A stretch of 64,000 bases of DNA from a virus. The stretch lies in the IMG/VR virus record IMGVR_UViG_3300025147_000004; one strand, given 5' to 3'. Below the pieces are notes generated by a model. The model worked only from the letters and a program-made list of their open reading frames with translations. It did not search any database and was not told the DNA's origin. The position numbers were made by a program, and so were the translations under genes. Shown in pieces: positions 60,711 through 64,000 of this stretch (its first letter is position 1; every line of letters begins with the position of its first letter).

Positions 60711-61099
60711 GAAAATATACACCTCAAATAACTAAGATAGACAACTTCGATAGGATTGAGAATGGTTCGCATTATGTAATGCTGGCTTGGCGTGACAATC
60801 CGTATCTATCCGAGCGCAATACTCTTGCCGGACATCTCATTAACTATGCTTGGGATTTATGCGAGAGGATGGTAAAACCACTTAGCTTAGATAGGTTCTT
60901 TGAGTTATTAGAAGAGCAATCAGCCATATTCATGGAAACAAATCGTATAGACAGCAAATACATCCTAAAGAAAGTTCTGCTAACCAAGCGAAAGACTTAC
61001 AACTTGCCACTGTATAAGATCGAGATTGGCAGTTCGATAGAAACACTTGCGGCAATATTTTACCAATCGGATTTAACATATAATAGAGAGAAGAGATGA
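60707..61099 (+). CDS. hypothetical protein
   Basis: 130-aa ORF. Confidence 0.45.
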   Translation: MRKYTPQITKIDNFDRIENGSHYVMLAWRDNPYLSERNTLAGHLINYAWDLCERMVKPLSLDRFFELLEEQSAIFMETNRIDSKYILKKVLLTKRKTYNLPLYKIEIGSSIETLAAIFYQSDLTYNREKR

Positions 61100-61602
61100 A
61101 AACTATAAGAGAATTAAGAGGGACGCTTCGGTTTAATCCTCATGAAATAAACAGTATGGTTTATTATTTTAAAACAGAAAAAATTGATTGGGATGTATTT
61201 CTTCCATCAAGAGGGAAAAATCTGCAACGAGATTTTGTGTGGACTTTAGATCAGAAGCGTGAAATTATTTGGTCTATCCTTATGCGAAGGAGTATTCCAA
61301 GAATGGCGGTCGTATATACCATCGGAAATGTTTATCAGATTATTGATGGTAAGCAGCGTCTTTCTTCTATGATTGATTTTATTGACGAAAAATTTACGCT
61401 CTTGGTGGATGGCGAGGAATATTTATTTAGTCAGATACCCCATGATTATCAGGTAATAATTTCTCATTACGCATTCCCATATTATGTGGTAAATGAAAAC
61501 TTCGAAGGTGAAATTACTGATGAGGATAAAATAAATTGGTTTAAGTTCATTAATTTTGCCGGAACGCCACAAGAGAAGGAGCATCTAGATTCATTACTAT
61601 GA
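61096..61602 (+). CDS. DUF262 (ParB/GmrSD N-terminal-like) domain protein
   Basis: IIDGKQRLSSMIDFI is the DGQQR-type signature of DUF262. 168 aa. Confidence 0.55.
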   Translation: MKTIRELRGTLRFNPHEINSMVYYFKTEKIDWDVFLPSRGKNLQRDFVWTLDQKREIIWSILMRRSIPRMAVVYTIGNVYQIIDGKQRLSSMIDFIDEKFTLLVDGEEYLFSQIPHDYQVIISHYAFPYYVVNENFEGEITDEDKINWFKFINFAGTPQEKEHLDSLL

Positions 61603-63173
61603 CTCCGCAGATCCCCCAGCTTCGTCCATATCAGGAAGGCACGGAGAGTTCTGCGAGAAATGCCTTCAAAAAACATAAGCACGTTCTCTTAGTCTCAGCA
61701 ACAGGATCGGGAAAGACATTCATATTTAGCAGTATAGTTCGCTCCTCTCTTAGTAAGGGATACAAGGTGATGATCGTTTCTAATCGGGCAAAACTACTGA
61801 AGCAGTCCGGTCAGTCGCTGACATTGTTTGGCATAGACGCTGAATACATTTCCGCGAAGCATCGGGTAGTTCCGGTCAATAACTGCATAGTCGCCACAGC
61901 TCAGACGCTTCAGAGGCGTTTCGATTTGCCGGAATACCAAGAGTTGTTTAAGTCGATTGACCTATGGATATTCGATGAAGCCCACCTTCAGGATTTCAAT
62001 TTCCTTTTAGAATCTGGGCTGCTTGATAAGAAATGGTTGCTCGGAGTAACTGCAACCCCGAAGCGATCCGGTAAAATGCGCCAGATGGGACTGGATTATG
62101 AAGTAATGGTTGAGGGCTTGTCCGTACAAGCTGGGATAGATTTGGGATTCTTAGTTCCGGCTCGAACTTTCACCTTGGATGCGCCAGACCTTAGTTCTGT
62201 TTCTATCGACCCGATTCGAGGTGACTACAATGGCAAAGACCTATATAAAGCTTTCAATACTGCCAAAGTTTATGGAGGCGTAATTAGTGAATTTAAAAAG
62301 CTGTGTAATAATGAGAAAACTATGTGCTTTTGCTCCTCACAGATTCATGCAATTCAAACATGCATCGAGTTTAATAATGCCGGGATAAGCAGTAAGTTCG
62401 TAGTTTCTGGATTAAAGAAGGATGACGAAGATTATAATTTGCTTGAAGATAACTTGCATTTGACTGGACGGAAAGAAGATATTGAGGATGAATTTGATCG
62501 TGGTTCATTTGTTGTATTATGTAACGTGGCAATCTACACCACTGGCTATGACTGCGTGAGTATCAGGAATATAGTACTTTTAAGAGCTACATTATCTGAA
62601 ACATTATGGGATCAGATGTGCGGTAGGGGTGGTCGTATTATGCCAGATGGGAGTAAATCTTTTTTTCGAATACTGGACTTTGGTGGAAATGTGGCGAGGC
62701 ATGGACTTTACGAAAGGAAGAAAGTGAATAGTTTGTGGCATGATTATCACCAAGGAAGTGGGGTAGTTATGACAAAAGAGTGCCCACCGCTAGAAACCGA
62801 TTGCGAAGGAAAGCATGGATGCGGCAGGCTTATCCACATCTCATATCCCAAATGCTGTTTCTGTGGGTATATTTTCAAAACCAAAGAAGAGATTCGAAGT
62901 ATAGAACTCACCGAGATTATTGGTGGAGAGTTTAAATTTAAGAATATGTCAGCAACCCAACTAAAAGCCTACGCCGAGCTGAATGGTAATAGTATGCGCT
63001 GGGTGTGGCGAATGCTATGGATCGGCAACGATGAGAAAGATTTCAGAAAAGGGATGAGAGAACTATCATACGACAACAAGTTCATCTACCGCCAAATGAT
63101 GATCTATAAATCAGAGGATGCGAAAAAAGCAAAAGATTTATTAATAAAAGAGCAAAATAAATTGGCAAAATAG
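61599..63173 (+). CDS. SF2 DEAH-box helicase with C-terminal Cys cluster
   Basis: The motifs are motif I (SATGSGKT), motif II (FDEAH), motif III (TATP) and motif VI (QMCGRGGR). A Cys cluster follows (CPPLETDCEGKHGCG...CCFCG). Confidence 0.8.
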   Translation: MTPQIPQLRPYQEGTESSARNAFKKHKHVLLVSATGSGKTFIFSSIVRSSLSKGYKVMIVSNRAKLLKQSGQSLTLFGIDAEYISAKHRVVPVNNCIVATAQTLQRRFDLPEYQELFKSIDLWIFDEAHLQDFNFLLESGLLDKKWLLGVTATPKRSGKMRQMGLDYEVMVEGLSVQAGIDLGFLVPARTFTLDAPDLSSVSIDPIRGDYNGKDLYKAFNTAKVYGGVISEFKKLCNNEKTMCFCSSQIHAIQTCIEFNNAGISSKFVVSGLKKDDEDYNLLEDNLHLTGRKEDIEDEFDRGSFVVLCNVAIYTTGYDCVSIRNIVLLRATLSETLWDQMCGRGGRIMPDGSKSFFRILDFGGNVARHGLYERKKVNSLWHDYHQGSGVVMTKECPPLETDCEGKHGCGRLIHISYPKCCFCGYIFKTKEEIRSIELTEIIGGEFKFKNMSATQLKAYAELNGNSMRWVWRMLWIGNDEKDFRKGMRELSYDNKFIYRQMMIYKSEDAKKAKDLLIKEQNKLAK

Positions 63174-63182
63174 TTTGTGGTG

Positions 63183-63203
63183 TGAATAAATATATTATCT
63201 TTG
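63183..63203 (+). promoter_or_regulatory. conserved-family promoter (AATAAATATATTATCTTTG)
   Basis: The -7 box is at 63196-63203, 35 nt before the ATG at 63239. Confidence 0.5.
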
Positions 63204-63238
63204 CATTATATAAATCAAACATTAAAAAAATAACAATC

Positions 63239-63826
63239 ATGGGATGCGACATTCATTTATTTACAGAAAGAAAAATGTCTATTAACTTAGAAGAAAAATG
63301 GGTTAATATTGACAATTGGAAACTAAACCCCTATTATGAGGAAAATAACGAAGACAGAGAAGTTTTGTATAGTATAAATCCAGCATACAGCAGTCGAGAT
63401 TATAATCTGTTTTCGATGTTAGCTGACGTAAGAAATAGAAGCGAAAACAAATACATTTCGGAGCCAAAAGGATTGCCAGAAGATGTTAGTGAAGTAATAA
63501 AGAAAGTGAGCGAATCGTGGGGCGATGACGGACACTCACATTCGTTTTTTACAATGGGGGAGCTATATGATTTTCAAAAAGAAAACAGCACACAAAAATA
63601 TTTTGGACTCGTTGATTCCGAAGGCAGAGATAAGATAAATAAAGGAGAAATGCCTGAATGGTGGTGTCAAGGAAGTAGCAGTCCATTAATCAAAATGGAG
63701 TGGACTCGCGAAAACGATACATTAAATAATTTTATCAGTACTCTTGAGTCTCACTTTAAATCGCAATACTATGATAAGTCAGTGGATTCGGAAAAGTTCA
63801 GGATTGTATTTTGGTTTGACAATTAA
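63239..63826 (+). CDS. hypothetical protein
   Basis: The start was moved to MGCDIHLF, downstream of the promoter. 195 aa. Confidence 0.5.
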   Translation: MGCDIHLFTERKMSINLEEKWVNIDNWKLNPYYEENNEDREVLYSINPAYSSRDYNLFSMLADVRNRSENKYISEPKGLPEDVSEVIKKVSESWGDDGHSHSFFTMGELYDFQKENSTQKYFGLVDSEGRDKINKGEMPEWWCQGSSSPLIKMEWTRENDTLNNFISTLESHFKSQYYDKSVDSEKFRIVFWFDN

Positions 63827-63850
63827 TCAATATAAATAAAACATCAGCAA

Positions 63851-64000
63851 ATGAAATTACTAAAGATCGAAATTAAGGGGATTGCGAAACATGCAGATAC
63901 TACAATCGTAATCGACAAACCCTTGACGGTGTTGTTCGGGGACGTTGAAAACGGAAAGACCACAGTACTAAATGCCGTTCGTTGGGGCATGGGATGTATT
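63851..64000 (+). CDS. N-terminus of an SMC/SbcC/RecF-like ATPase (continues right of the window)
   Basis: MKLLKIEIKGI...LTVLFGDVENGKTTVLNAVRW gives an N-terminal Walker A in the SbcC/Rad50 arrangement. Confidence 0.55.
   Translation, partial: MKLLKIEIKGIAKHADTTIVIDKPLTVLFGDVENGKTTVLNAVRWGMGCI

Overview
This window is a contiguous piece of a tailed dsDNA phage or prophage with siphovirus-type organisation. The host is very probably a member of Bacteroidota. Three things support that: genes are preceded by TAnnTTTG '-7' boxes, sometimes with a TTTG '-33' box about 20 nt upstream; Shine-Dalgarno sequences are absent; and several proteins resemble Bacteroidota-typical families (DUF3127 SSB-like, DUF4494, DUF1599).

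Layout:
- 1-4.6 kb (+): nuclease, exonuclease and tyrosine recombinase.
- 4.7-31.1 kb (-): lysis genes, a very large tail-fibre/depolymerase region, a 1691-aa tape measure, tail, neck, capsid and scaffold genes.
- 31.2-35.6 kb (+): large terminase and portal.
- 35.7-48.2 kb (-): early/replication operon with an SSB-like protein, a D5/P4-type primase-helicase, YopX and many tiny Zn-ribbon proteins, interrupted by HNH-AP2 homing-endonuclease genes.
- 48.2-50.1 kb: repeat-rich, nearly ORF-free control region.
- 50.1-64 kb (+): about 45 mostly tiny early genes, ending in YqaJ-like exonuclease, DUF262, an SF2 helicase and the start of an SMC/SbcC-like ATPase.

Most interesting signals:
1. An ORF-free, terminator-capped transcript of about 435 nt containing a tRNA-derived module with a ~100-nt insertion (37.9-38.4 kb).
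2. Three ~100-nt leaders upstream of AP2-domain genes that share one interleaved-stem plus terminator architecture but have different stem sequences.
3. A strongly strand-biased CGAACRA motif, hand-counted 45 times in 5.5 kb and seeded by a perfect heptamer array at 53021.
4. 10-bp phased ACCAGTA iterons next to an A-rich tract in the control region.

All domain calls come from motif recognition by eye. No database search or folding program was run.
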